A DNA stretch of 64,000 nucleotides from Eledone cirrhosa. Taxonomy: Eukaryota. The notes below the pieces were generated by a model. It worked only from the letters and a program-made list of their open reading frames with translations, had not been told where the DNA came from and did no database searches. The position numbers and the translations under genes were made by a program. Shown here in pieces: positions 1-13,800 of this stretch. The stretch's first letter is position 1. Each line of letters starts with the position of its first letter. The DNA lies in the NCBI GenBank assembly GCA_964016885.1, contig OZ024740.1, positions 187,488,001 through 187,552,000 of the forward strand. Reading direction: 5' to 3'.

Positions 1-1289
1 TTATTTTATTTAGTATTGTACAAATGTGGTTGTAGACATGACAAGAATAATATGAGATAATTTTATGACAAGTTTACAAAATCATTGAAAATCTAAACCA
101 AAACCATGCAGAAAGATGCATTTACTTTCCTACTTTCAGTAAACAAATTACGTTTGCTAGTTATATTAAATTTTCAAGTGACTAATTATGATTACACAGT
201 TCTTTTGTCTTTCTTTTCAAATATTCTTCTGTACAGACTGAATTGTGGCATGCATATGTAATCGCTTACAGCTTCCTTATAGCATACAGGAGTCATTTTT
301 CTGTCTACAGAATTTAACTCATAGACATTTTACATATTGATAATGTTGTCTTGGTGCCATAGATTTCTTACTGTGAATAATTACTCCAGAGAAATTAAAT
401 GAGGTAGTCTAAATTAGTTTTCAAACAAGGCGTTGTTTCATTAATTCAAAATGTTAGTTACTTGTATAGAGAAAAATGTTTTCTAATTTATATCATTGCT
501 AACTTTCATCTGTCTTTTAGATATTTCTAATATTAACCCCTGCATTTTAGAAACAACTTTTATCTGGAATTGAACAACATAGGTACATTATACAGCATAG
601 AAATTAAGGAACATTAGGTCAGGGTAGGGTTATTAAATATATGGAATGTCCTTGTGTTGCAAGAATCATATTTCTTTGGCTTATTTTGAATCTAAGACAT
701 AGGTTTATGATTACTTAGTTTTCTTTTATCTTGTATGTATTCCAAATACAATTTATCAGTGCTGAAATATATTCTATAGAATAGTATTGGAACAACTAGC
801 TGATGTACTTGTTGACTTAATACACAGACACAAGCACACAACTATATATATGTATGCATGCATGAATATATATATATAATGTGTGTGTATTTGTTGATCA
901 ATATAGATATGTGTGTTACTGTTACTAATACTGAAGTAAACACTAATTCATTCTATCAAACTGCTGTAGGGCCAAAGACAGTAAATAAGTAAAAATAAAT
1001 AAATAAATAAAGACATCATAATATTGGATTTTAGTTTTAATTATCCATGATACGGTACAAAAATTGGAACTTTCATTTAATTACATTTTAAGCTTCTTGA
1101 AACCAAAGTAAGAATTTCCAAAAGTAGATAATCAGAATATATTTTCTCTAAATAGATCCCTGTTTTATATCTCATATCACCCCTTTGAACTTACCCCTTT
1201 AGATTTCCTTCAATTTTATTTATTCTATTCTGTTTTCAAAGCTTTGGTTACATTTGTTAGCAAAATTGTATAGCTTTAGCTTAAAAGCA

Positions 1290-1706
1290 TCCAGTCTTCA
1301 CTGTAAGGTGGTCTTATCGGTGATTCAACAAAAAACACCCACTCTACCATGTAAGGTGGTTGTTGGTGACACAACAAAGAGCATTCAGTCTAACCTGTCA
1401 GTTAGCCATGCTGGTGACACAACAAAAAGCACTCAATCCATCCTATAAAGTGGTTATGCTGGTGGCATAACAAAAAGTACCCAGTTTACTCTGTAGGGTG
1501 TCTGTGTTGGTGCCATGATAAAAGGCATCCAGTCCACATTGTAACATGGTTGGCATTAAGAAGAGAGTCCAGATGTAGAAACCAAGTCAAAATACAGATC
1601 CATATGAGCATGATGTGATCTCTGGACCTGCCTTTTCTCATAATGTGACAGCTCATCTGATCCATGCAAGCATGAAAAATAGACGTTAAATGACGATGAT
1701 GATGAC
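1290..1706 (+). mobile_element. Non-autonomous RTE-related retroposon/SINE body with ~5 internal ~45-55 bp subrepeats and (GAT)n tail
   Basis: Repeated gctggtgacacaacaaaaagcactcagt..ctgtaaggtggtt units, then ggcattaagaagagagtccag..tagaaac, ending gatccatgcaagcatgaaaaatagacgttaaatgacgatgatgat. The end resembles the 3' end of the RTE LINE at 5528-5590. Related copies at ~5130-5367, ~8395-8690, ~12190-12460 (minus) and ~43080-43240. Confidence 0.6.
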
Positions 1707-2584
1707 AGATCCATGTTTCATTTCTTATATAAAAGGATCTTTGAACTTACCCATCTGTTATTTATTATATTCTTTTATTCAAAGCTTTGTTCACATTTGT
1801 TAACAAAGTTTTATAGTTTTAGATTATACTTCATGGAAATACTTTAAAACGTATGCCTAATCCAAAATCTATTCGAAGAAGATATATGATGTAATAAAAT
1901 TATTTTAGCATACAGATATGGTAGAATGCTTAAGACATTTAGTTTGCAATCATGATGTTTTCTATTCAATCCCACTGCATAACACCAAGAGTAATTTTTT
2001 CACCATGATCTTAGGTAAACCCAAGCTTTCTGAATAAAACTGAGTTGATGAAAACTGAGTATAAGACTATCAGCTTAGCTCTACCTGTAATTCTAAGGAC
2101 CAGCTTTATCATACACACTGTCAGGCTGATTTTGCTCAAGAATTCCTTTAAGTGTAAAATTGTATGTGTAATGCTCAGCCTTTTACTCTATATTGTAATA
2201 AGTATGTAATTCTGTTGAGTGAATAATTGGAATACTCATTTTGTTGAAATTATTGCGACACCATCAAAATGATTTGCAAAACACAAATCAATTTCTTTTA
2301 AAAAGCAAACAAAACTTGTTATGTTCATTTTTCATTTATTTTGTGAGGTGTTAAACTTTTTCCTTACACCTATGCAACCTGGTCGACACAATTCCACTGC
2401 AACTTGACACCTCATAACATAAATAAAAATTGAATATAACAGCTTTTGTGTTGTTATTTTTAAATGGCAAAAATGGTTTTTCCACTAATGTAATTGCTTT
2501 AGTTTTAACACCCAGTCTCTTATCAAGACACTTGCCAAACAATTACAATTCCAAAATTAATTTCTATTTGGATAGATATACATT

Positions 2585-2867
2585 CAGTGCGGGACTTACC
2601 TATAAGCTAAATAAGTTATAGCTTAGGGTCACATACCCTCATGTTTTTTAAATATATTTTTATTTTATCGTTAGTTTGTATTCTTTAACACTAAAGCATC
2701 AAAAGAATATATTTGTATATATATATATAATATATATATATTATTTATTCTATATCATTAATATTAATATAAAAAATAATAATCATTTATAATTATTTTA
2801 AATTGTTTTAGAGAAAGGCCTCAAACTTCATATAGTTTAGGACCTCAGCAAGTGGAAGTCTGGCCCT
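2585..2867. mobile_element. MITE with CAG-starting imperfect TIRs (hAT-like)
   Basis: Ends cagtgcgggacttac ... gaagtctggccctg. Related sequence at ~30373-30623 and a partial copy at ~39840-39908. Confidence 0.5.
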
Positions 2868-3813
2868 GTATACATTCACAATACAACAATGACTTAAAGT
2901 TTGGCTTCTTAAAATAATAGTCCTAGCCATGAGTGTTTTGCATTGCCAATTAACCATAATATTTTTATATATCCATATAGAGTATTAGAAGACCAACCCA
3001 ACTCCCTGTTTTTTCTTATAACTATATATTCTGAAATAAAACTATTAAAGAATCAAGTAATTGTCTTATACTTGGTAGGTAACTTCTCATCAGCTTGTGT
3101 CATGTTACAAACAGTTGCTCCATCATCATCATTATCAAAATTATCAACATTTAACATCCATTTTCAATGTAACCACATGTCAGATGGGCTGTTACAGACC
3201 AAGCCAGCACTCAATTTGAGCCACTGTACTCACAGACAGGCTAGGGGCTATATTTTGCTCATGTAAATTCCTATACACTACAAGATATACTGGGGCAATT
3301 TATTATTGCACTAGCACTAGAGATGCTTTTAGGCCTCGATACAACTGATGAATCTTCTCAGCTCAATATGAAAATACAATCAAATCGATTACGTAATACA
3401 TGAGCTCTTAATGAGGCTGGAAAAAATAACAAGTATGTTCATAATTAAATTTGAAATACCTTCCTATAATGGTTTGATTTCTAATTGTTAGATTTAATAT
3501 CGTATTCAAAACATCTTCATAATCTTGAAACAGGTGAAAGAAGTTTGGTAAAATGTGCAATCATGTAACCTCTTAGTTTTTTGACCTGCTAACATTAACA
3601 GCAATATCTCACTCAAATTATACACACTTATCTTAACAACAGATTGACACATTAGATAGTGTAGTTCTAGATATACTATACCTAAAAAATGAAGACAGGA
3701 TGTTTATATTGGAACACCTTTGATCAGTGTAGAACTGGGACCAAACAATAATAATGATAACCAGTATCACACTAATATTTTTCTACTATTTTACATAGCC
3801 TTTCTTTGTTTAA

Positions 3814-4024
3814 CCCTTTAGCATTTAAACCAGCCAGAATTCTCTCACCTCTTTCTGTTCAAACTGGCCATAACTGACCACTCATAGTGACATTAAGGTA
3901 TTGTTCTCAAAACAAATTATATCAAAATCTCATAGATTTGATATTATGTGAGATAATTATATGAGGTAAACATTTTATTGCGAAAATACAATAGTGAATA
4001 TAGATTAACGTAAATGCTAAAGGG
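3814..4024. mobile_element. piggyBac-type MITE
   Basis: TIRs ccctttagcattta / taaatgctaaaggg, flanked by TTAA on both sides (3810-3813, 4025-4028). Partial copy from ~54620. Confidence 0.8.
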
Positions 4025-5465
4025 TTAAACTAACAAGTAACCACATATGGAAATGGAACATACTTGATGCAACTACTGCTTTTATCTAGACTCTTTGCAT
4101 TTGATGTTCCAATTCCATTTAGTTGCCAAAGACTAAAGCAAAAAAAAAAACTGACCAGAAGAGCCCCTTTTCCAATCTGTAATCGGGCAGCATAGACCAG
4201 TAGGCTTACAATCAAAACAAATAAGCTGCCATTGACATGCTGAGACAATTGAAAGGGTTGAATGACCATGAGGAAGCTACTTCACTGGCTGGTTCTCTGC
4301 TGATTTCTGGTAATGTATTCATTTTGACTATCTGACTTATCACCTAATAATGAATGAATAAATAAATAGATATATAAAATAAAGAAATACATTTTAATTG
4401 GCAAGGATGGTAATAACACAAGAGAACATGGTCTAAAAGTGAGAAGAAATCATTGAAATTAAAATTCACTTATGTTACAAAACACGAAATGTCTTCATTA
4501 ATATAAAATATCAATAAAAAAATTCTAAATTTCTCTTGCTAAATTAAACTTTCTGAAAACATGTGCACATACAATATATCATAAGTAGTTCCAATATTAA
4601 TATAATATTAAATGGAATATTTTCGTATTCACATTTAAAGTGTGAAATTTATACTAGTCTTTGAGAATGGCACTCAGTTTGCAATATCATATTTTCTGTT
4701 TAATAATATGTCTTAAGAAATATTGATTGAATATTTGTAAAATGCTTTGGGATTGTTCAAAATTAATAATTAATATGAATGAAACCCCTATGTTTTTGAA
4801 TTTTGGTAAACATTCTATTGATATTTGTGAAGGGTTACTTACATACATAGAATATATTTTAATTCAATATAGCTAAAGATTTATTGGTGAAATTTTAAAG
4901 AAAATGTAAGGCTTCTTTATGAATGTATGTGTATATGAAATTATATTTGAATATGAACTATAAAGTTATCGATAACAGTAAGTGTGACATTTATATACAA
5001 GTAATAAATAGACTGTACACAATGCAACAACAATATCTATCTGTCTTCTTTACTTTTTGTAAATAGTATTCACATATCTATTTATCAATAAATGTCTGTC
5101 AACCTCCTTAGTGTTGATTATCTACATGGTAAATGACCACTGAGTGCACCTTGTAAAGTGAATGATGATAGGGAGGGCATTCAGCCATAGAAAACTTGCC
5201 AAACAAAGGGTTGGGAAAAGTCGTTAGCTATACCAAAGACATGACAACTTCCCTAGTCATATTGCCACAATGAAGTTCACTTGGTAGAGTGGAGGTCAGA
5301 GGCTTTGCTTGAGATTTTTCTGTGACAACATGTCCCACACTTGGATGTTAAATGATGATGATGATGATTTAACACACACACATGCATATATATATGCATA
5401 TATAGATATATATACATATATATATATATGTATATATATATTCTGCTCCTTTATTGTCGAGCGCT

Positions 5466-5527
<62 letters not shown>

Positions 5528-5558
<31 letters not shown>

Positions 5559-7979
5559 TTTACGTCTGCTTTTCCCTGCTTGCAAGGGTGGAACAGGTCC
5601 TATTCAACACAACATCTCTCCACTTATCATGGTCCTTCATCATCTCCACTGTGAGCTTCATCAATCTGAGGTCTGCTCTCACCACTTCCGCCCATGTTTT
5701 TCGTGGTTTACCTCTTCCACGTCTTCCCTCAACTGGCATTCCCTGGCATTTCTTCACCAATCGGTCATCCTCCATGTGCATCACATGTCGATAGCATCAC
5801 AGTCCCCACTCTCGCACACCACAATCTATCCCTCTCAGACACAGTTTCTCTCTCAACACATCCATGCTTGGTCATTCACACACATTGACATTGCACATTC
5901 AACGGAGGATGTTTGCCTCATTTCTCTCCAGCCGTCGCATCTCCTCTGCAGTTGCTGCCTATGTCTCACTATTTAACCGGCCTTTTGTACGCAGGGAGAA
6001 ACCCTTCTTTGTCAGCAGCTCCCTAAAATCTTCCAACCCGTCCTTATTCTAGATACTATGGCCTCAGAACACCCCCTCCCATGCTAATCTGATCTCCTAG
6101 GTACCAGAAGCTATCAACCACTTCTATAGCACCCACCTGCATTTGAAAAATGTGTCTATCAATGCGACTTCTACTGTCTAATTTCCCTGTACATCTACTG
6201 CATACATATTTCTCCCTACCTGTAAGTTTGCCTGCTATCCCACTACATCTCTTGTGTACCCAAGATCTGGATTGTGTGCATTTTATAGAATTTATGCCAG
6301 TTCCTTTTCTGCATATCGAACATGGCCATTTCCCTGACAGAATCAGAGTTTTGTCTTCTTTTCTACTCATCAACACTTTTGTCTTAGCTAGGTTCACTCT
6401 CAGTCCTCTTGATTCCAACTGCTGTTTCAATAGCCAGCATTTATTCTCTAGCTCCTCTACTGATTCTGCTATAAGAACCAGATCGTCAGCATAGAGAAGT
6501 TCCCATTCACAGTCAGTCTTAAACTGCTCTGTTATGGCTTGGAGGACTATAATGAACAAGAGCGGGCTGAGGACCGAACACTGATGTACTCCTACCTTTA
6601 TCTGGAATTCCTCACTAAACTCCATTCCTACCCTCACGTTACTGACACCACCTCTGTACAAAGTTTGCACTCTCCTCACAAGCCATTCCTCAACACCTAG
6701 TTTCCTTAGGGACCACCAGATGACAGATCGAGGTATCCTATCAAAGGCCTTCTCTAGGTCAACAAAAGCTAAGTATAGTGGCTTATTCTTCTCTAAGAAC
6801 CTCTCTTTTAATTGTCTCACCAAGGAGAGGGCAACTGTTGTCCTCTTCCCAGGCACAAAACCAAACTGCATCTCATCTAGTTTGACCCTTTCTCTAATTA
6901 GTTGTGCTAATATCCTTTCTGCCACTTTCATAACCTGATCCATCAGTTTCATACCCCTATAATTGCTCCTCTCCAGAGCATCCCCTTTTCCTTTGTAGCA
7001 ATTTATGAGAATACTGCTGCACCAGTCTTTGGGTATGACACCACCATATATAGCCTGATTGATGATGCGCGCAACTAGTTTAGTGCCTACGTCCCCTGTT
7101 GCCTTCAGCATCTGAGCAACTATCCCCGATGCTCCAGTGGCCTTACCATTTTTCATTTCCTTAATCGCCTCTTGGACCCTATATTCATCAATCTCAATAG
7201 CTGGTCCCTCTGTCAGATCTACTGAGGGTAATTTCTCTTTCTCCCATTCGTTCTCCACATTCATCAGTCTCTCATAATGACATTTCCAGGCCTCCTTTTT
7301 CTGATCATTTGTGACACTAAGTACACTGGCATCATTCTGGACACATTTATGTCCAACAACATCCTGATTTGCATTGACACACTGCCTTGCAATGTGGAAC
7401 ACCGCATGTCTCTGATCTTCCCGTCGCAGAACATTGGCAAACCTCCTACTCTCAGCCTCCCTGCGTGCTAAATACACCTGACGTCTAGCTTCTCTCTCAG
7501 CGGCTGTATATCCTTCCCTACTCGCACCCTTTTTCCAAGCCCTCCATGCTAGTCTTTCGTCTCTAATGGCCTTATCTACCATGCTGTTCCACCACCAGGT
7601 CACTCTCTGTCTGGCTGGAGCAGAGCTCCAACCACAAGTTTTTCAGTAGGCTGCAGTAAGTTGTCACGTAAGAAATTCCAGTTATCATCTATGTCATACG
7701 ACTCTAAATCGTCTTCTTTTTCATCATACACATCTTGAAGGGCTTTCCTAAATTTGTATCTTAGTGAAACGTCTTTTAGCTTCCAGACCTTTCTTCTCCA
7801 CACCTTCCTGTATGTCTCATTCCGTCTCTTGCTTACTGAGATATCACTAACGACTAACCTATGCTGTGGGGTACATTCTTCCCCAGGGTATGCCTTGGTA
7901 TTTGACACCATCTGCCTGTCCTGCTGCCTAATTAGTAAGAAGTCAATCTGGCTTATGTGCTCACCTGATTTGTAGGTTA
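5528..7979 (-). mobile_element. 5'-truncated, degenerate RTE-clade LINE with (ATG)n tail
   Basis: APE C-terminus (SQIDF...QHRLVVSD), RT motifs (QFGF, FVDLEKAFD, GVHQCSVLSP, LLYADD, FWYLG), C-terminal [12 protein letters not shown] and (cat)n tail at 5529-5557. Frameshifts near 7600 and 6056. Confidence 0.9.
6056..7603 (-). CDS. LINE ORF remnant: reverse transcriptase with Cys/His (PHD-like) insertion
   Basis: 515-aa ORF with YADD and CSIC..C..S..WVHKRC..CSRC motif. Confidence 0.85.
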   Translation of the reverse strand: MTWWWNSMVDKAIRDERLAWRAWKKGASREGYTAAEREARRQVYLARREAESRRFANVLRREDQRHAVFHIARQCVNANQDVVGHKCVQNDASVLSVTNDQKKEAWKCHYERLMNVENEWEKEKLPSVDLTEGPAIEIDEYRVQEAIKEMKNGKATGASGIVAQMLKATGDVGTKLVARIINQAIYGGVIPKDWCSSILINCYKGKGDALERSNYRGMKLMDQVMKVAERILAQLIRERVKLDEMQFGFVPGKRTTVALSLVRQLKERFLEKNKPLYLAFVDLEKAFDRIPRSVIWWSLRKLGVEEWLVRRVQTLYRGGVSNVRVGMEFSEEFQIKVGVHQCSVLSPLLFIIVLQAITEQFKTDCEWELLYADDLVLIAESVEELENKCWLLKQQLESRGLRVNLAKTKVLMSRKEDKTLILSGKWPCSICRKGTGINSIKCTQSRSWVHKRCSGIAGKLTGREKYVCSRCTGKLDSRSRIDRHIFQMQVGAIEVVDSFWYLGDQISMGGGVLRP

Positions 7980-8690
7980 TATATATAAATGTTGTGTAAC
8001 AGGAAATGAATTGCCCAGTTTAATTTTTTAAAACAATGATATTTGATGTGAGAGTGATTTGGCTGAAATGACTGGCTGTTTGAGCAACTACTCAGTCCTT
8101 TGTTAGACAGCATGGAACTTACACTTACAGCTATATACATACATAGAGAATGGGGAGGAAGCGCATTTCTTAATACTGTAAGATGTGAGAATTGAGGGAG
8201 ATTTGGTTGGTATTCTAACAATTTGAAAAACGTCTCCCTTGTTCTATAATTTACAATTGATGATGTATTTGCACAATAAAACAAAACCAAGAACTCTTGA
8301 GTTGAAATGTTAGAGACAGCAACTCTCAAACTTAGTGTTTAAAGAAATCGGACATATCATACTGAATGAGTTAATATATATATATATACACATATAGCAT
8401 ACCCTGCAAGGTGGCCATATAACAGAAAAGCATCCTGTCCATACTGTAAGGTGGTTGTGTTGGTGAAATGGCAAAAAGCAATCACTCCACACTGTATAGT
8501 GGTTGGCATTAGGAATAGCATCTAGCCATAGAAAACCAAACCAACAAATGGATCATACTAGCAAAACGTTGCTACTTGACTCATCTGGCATTATAACATG
8601 ACAGTCTATATAACACATGGTAAATAGATGTTAAATAATAATGATGGCGATGTGGATAGACCAAGCCTTTCTAACACCAATGATGATGAT

Positions 8691-8726
<36 letters not shown>

Positions 8727-8847
8727 GTTGTAAGGTTGCAAGATAAATGTATCCATAGGTGGTATGCCGGTTGAGCACTCAATGCTCGTGCAGAGCAGAG
8801 TATATTATAAAGAACGAGGATGCAGTGTTGCATCATATAATTATTAA

Positions 8848-8937
8848 CATATTACATATGTTTCTCTATCGATCAGCTCGAGGCAATATCTATTACATAT
8901 CGAACCTAACTCTGTAATTGAAAGTTCTTCAGATATC
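8848..8937 (-). ncRNA. Type I hammerhead-like motif with long stem II
   Basis: Minus strand reads atat-CTGAAGA-[~65 nt imperfect hairpin]-GAAA-catatg-TA-atat, with palindromic stem III acatatgt. Confidence 0.55.
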
Positions 8938-9112
8938 CTCGTTCTTTATAATATATATATATAAAGAAGTGTGCTAGCAGCTGAAGTGTATGATAAAGTT
9001 GTATCTGTATACATCCAGAACGGGTAACTGAGTCTGCACCAATATATATATAAATATACCCATTTTTAATATGCCAGCAAACATGAATTTCCCTGTAAAC
9101 TGAAAAAGTGCT

Positions 9113-9163
9113 AAACATCTTTAATCAATTTTCAGACCTAGTTGGGCCCTCATCAGAATGTGT
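9113..9163 (-). ncRNA. Type I hammerhead-like motif (partly decayed) between ~334-bp-spaced direct repeats
   Basis: Minus strand reads acatt-CTGATGA-gggcc caacta ggtct-GAAA-attgat-TA-aagatgt. Direct repeats start at ~8967 and ~9301. Confidence 0.55.
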
Positions 9164-9405
9164 GTATATCATCCAAACAACAATAAGAAAACACAGATTT
9201 GATAGGCTTATATACGCATTTTCTTAGTATTATTCAGAAATGGACATACTAATTTTCATATAATTAGTGCTCATGTTGGTAGTTAATTAAGATATATATT
9301 AAGTATGCTAGCAGCTGAAGTGTATGATAAAATTATATATGTATACATACAGTGTAACCAAGATTGCACCAATGTGTATATAAATAAATATACACAATTT
9401 TAATT

Positions 9406-9436
<31 letters not shown>

Positions 9437-10489
9437 AGACATGAAATCCAGAAATGTCTTCATATATAAAAGCATTGTATGGAAAAGCAATTGTGGGACT
9501 CTTGTGTAAAACTGAACCACATTAATTTGGTTACTATATTTGACAGCTAGTTAAACTGTGGCAACAAAATTTCATAAAACAGATTTAAATGCATGACTTA
9601 TTCAGCTATCTCGCATTTAAAACATACAAACACACACATACACACTCACACAAACATACTGACAATAAAAAAAAATAATCACCTATTCTTTTATCTCAAC
9701 TATAACACACACATACACACATATTCTCATAATAAAAAAAATAAAGCAGTTGTGAAGATCTTGATGAAATATTAAAAAGAATATAACTGTTGATATCAGG
9801 ATATTTTATCATCTTTTCTATTTTTATGTGATAATCTTTTTTGAAATCTGGAAAACTGTTTCAAATGGTATATTTATTATTCATTCAGTTTCCAGTTGAG
9901 TTCCTTCATTTAAATGTTTGTAAAAATGAGAATAGTGCAAAACGTTTTAGTAAGGATATTTTTTACATTTTCAATAAATTTTTGATATCATAAGATATTA
10001 CAAGTTTTATTTAGATTAGGAATGACATTTGAAATTAAATTAAGTAAATACCTTTCAAGAAGAAAAGGATTCTTTACTGTCCTCTTGGTTACAGTTTAAG
10101 AACCATTAAAATGAAGGTGGAAGAACAAAACACAACACTATTTCTTAACCAACTTGAATAGGAGTACACATATCTATAGAATTGATACTTTCTCAACCAT
10201 GTGGTTCCAGGGGCAATCCCATTGCACATTTCTTTTGGTGTCTTCAAATGTAGCCTTTGGCTGATATTACCTTGTGAAAGAAATTTGGTCAATGGAAACT
10301 GCGGTACTTTGTAGTATATATACATGCAAGATAATGACGTATCCTCTCTTGGCTCCGACAATAACATCCAGTTATTCAATCAACTGAATGTCCCACTTGA
10401 GAATTGACATGAATATTCCACAGACATGTATACCCTTAACATAATTCTCAGGCAGAATCAGTGTGACACATTATGTGTAAAGGCTTCTT

Positions 10490-10895
10490 CTATGCCCACC
10501 TATTCCAGGGAGGGTTGTGTTAGGCAGTCCTCAAACAATCCTTTCATTAGGTCCTGTCAGAAGCAACCATCTTCAATTGATCTGGCTGGATCTCCAAGCA
10601 AAATGAGCCATGGCCATGGATGTTATCCAACCATCTTGCTTGGGGTTTACCCTTGGATCTCTTGCCAGTTACTTTTGCCTGTAAAATCTGTCCAGCCATT
10701 CTTTCCTGACACATTCTAACTACATGCTTATAATATTTGTGATCTCGCAATTCAGAGAAGTGGTGGCTCTACCTGGAGTGACTCTCTGATCTCCGAATAA
10801 CAATACTCGAAAGATCCTTGGGAGGAATCCCATTTCGGCCGTTTGTATTCTCAATCCTCTTCTTTCAGTCATTATGAAAGACTCATGACCATGCA
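10490..10895 (-). pseudogene. RTE-type LINE 3' fragment
   Basis: Translates to YYKHVVRM..MAGQILQAKVTGKRSKGKPQARWLDNI, typical of an RTE C-terminus. Confidence 0.6.
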
Positions 10896-13800
10896 TGTAA
10901 AATACCTGACAGGCTTCTACTCAGTTTCTGTCTACCAAATTTTGCTCCCTAAATTTGAGCTGATCTAAAGCTATGGTAAAGCTCTTGTCCAAGATTCCAC
11001 AAAGGGGGTCGAACCTGGAAACTCATAACTGTAAAGTGAACTTCTTAACCATGCAGTGTTTGCACATACTTAATACATATGATATGTATATGTGTGCATA
11101 TGTCTGTATTTCCATTAACTTTTATAAAGGAGTGTTGAATTGTATCCCTTTACATCAAAAAGTAGCAATCATTCACTAAACAGAAAGCAATAAAATAAGT
11201 ACCAGGCTGAAATAAGAATTGTGTTTACTATGATCGACTAAAACCTTAAAGGCAATTGTCTCAATATGGCTGCAGTTCAATGGCTGAAAGCAATAAAATA
11301 ATATATAAAATATTCCTTCAAAATGAAGAAAGTGGGTCAGGAGCCATAAAAGCTGATTCTAGAAGTAAATGGTTCCAAGTTCAAGAAATAAATGAAAGCT
11401 TACAAAACTATCTTTTAGTGATAAGAAGTCAATAATGTCTTCCTTATTGGAGGTTTCAAATAACAAATCATGGAAGAAATGTATTCTGACACAATCAAAA
11501 TGCCCTTGATAAAAAAAACTGAAACTTGTGTTAAGGGTTGTGCAGAAAAGCCCTAGTAATGGAATAAAAAAAATACATTGTGATAGTAAGTATAATTTCT
11601 AGAATACATGAAGAAGCCCTTAGTTCTTCAAAAGTATTTCTTTCTTTGATGAATTAAGTTTGTGTTTCTATTACCATAGACCTAAAGAAAAGATGGCTTT
11701 CAGTGAAAGCAGTGTTCTGTGTATTTCATACAGTTCAATAATAATTCTTTCTATTCTCTCACAAGCCCAGCAATTTAGAGGATGAGGAAAGTGGGTTATA
11801 TCAACCCCAGTACTTAACTGGTATTTTATTTCATCAACCCTAGAAAGATAAAAGGCGACATTTGAACTCAGAATGCAGAAAGTTGTAACTAAATACTGCC
11901 AAGAATAATGTCAAATGCTCAACATAACATTAAATAATTTTGGTTTATGAAGAGAAAAAGATAAGATCTAACTTTCTTTTGTGGGTATGTCACAATTATT
12001 TATATTGATTGACATACTACTTGCTTATGACTATAGTGTAGATAGATATATTGATACTCTGATTCAAACATGATCAATACATCACGTGTTTTGCTTTTCT
12101 GTAACAGTTTGGAAACTGACATGATTAATAAATATATTGCATATACTCGTGTATAATATTTTAGCTTCAGCCTCTCATCCAAATATGAGTTGCATGTTCA
12201 TTGTTTTAACATCTGCTTTCCCTGCTAGCAATGGTTGGATGGGTCTATATAGACCAAAATTGTACTGAGGTGGGGGCTACTGACATTCCAGACAGGTTAG
12301 GGATCTGCATCTTGCTTATGTATGATCTCACATTCTACTGATTGTGCAGGTCTTTGACAGAATTGAGGGTCCTTCCAACCTTTTGTTTGGCAAGCTTTCT
12401 ATGGCTGGATGCCTTTCCTCTTACCAATCACTTTACAGTCTGTACTGGGTGCGTTTATTGTGTTTGCAAATTCATCAACTCTGAAAGAATGAAAAGCAAT
12501 GTTGACTTTTTCAGGATTTGAATTTAGAACATAAAGTGTCATAACATAAATAGATATTGCAAGGTATCGTGTCCACTGCTTCTAACATCTCTGTCAGCCA
12601 ATCAAAATGAACGATTGCGATCATTCTTATTAGGATATTACTAACATTAGGAAGTGACATACTTGCAACTGCATATCTATATTTGGTTGCAGTTTTGATT
12701 CATTTATCAAGTATGAAGATTCAATTCATATAAACATGACGACATAAATATATAAATCATGGCAATGATGCTGTTTGTAGTGGCTATGGTAGTGGTGATT
12801 GTATTGATGCAGATTTCAGAAATATTAAATCCTGTTTGAGGATGGGCTCTATTAATAGAAAGAAAAAGATTGCCATCTAATTTCTCTATTTGTAGAGAAT
12901 TTAATTTCATCATTTCAAGAATCTAATGTATTGAGTATTGTCACTTTGTAACAGCATGATTCCAAGTTTAATCCAACTGTGCATTCTTAGGGCTAATGTC
13001 ATCTTCTATATCCTTGTTTTAAACAATGATTTGTGAATGTAATCTAGCTAGATAGTACTGCGAGGAAGCATCTTGTATATATGTATGTGTATCTTTATCT
13101 CTTTCACTGTATGTTGTGAGAGATTGTGAACATAAAGAAACTACCCTTTAAATGAAGTCTAAGTTATAAATGTTCCCATGTAAATTGCATCATTAGAAAT
13201 GCAGTGAAACAATGATTGTTCCATTGAAAATTTGCAATCAACAACACTTTCGTTCACAAAGAATTAATAAAATAACCAATAAAACTAAAAGCACTGAATA
13301 CTATATTTTCAAGGAAGATTTTATATTGCATGCACAGACTAATTCACTCCAAATTCACATCATCTGAAAGGTTTATTTTATTCCTTTTACAAAATAATAT
13401 ATTTTTGGTAAAAGTTCCTCACCTTATCACAATTAGGGTTTGCAGAGTGTAACACAGTTTCCATAGGTGAAAACACAATCTTACATAGTGGCAGAAAATA
13501 TGCTATGAGACAAAAAAAGAATGTTTCTAAATCAAGGATTATTTTCCTTCAATAGCCCACATGAGATAGCCAAACATGAGTATCCCAATCATTTACAAAA
13601 ACCAATTGAAAGCACACATTTAGTAGTGCATCATCATTTTACATTAATAGATATTCTGGCATAGAAATTATTTAGTTGCAACAAAAATTTAGGACATGAC
13701 ATTCAAATAACCTGTATGGTTTGCTTGCTTGTCTTCAAAGTAGAACTTCATAATTCAGAGAGGATGCTTCAAAGTTCTGTACTTGAAAAACAATTTCATT

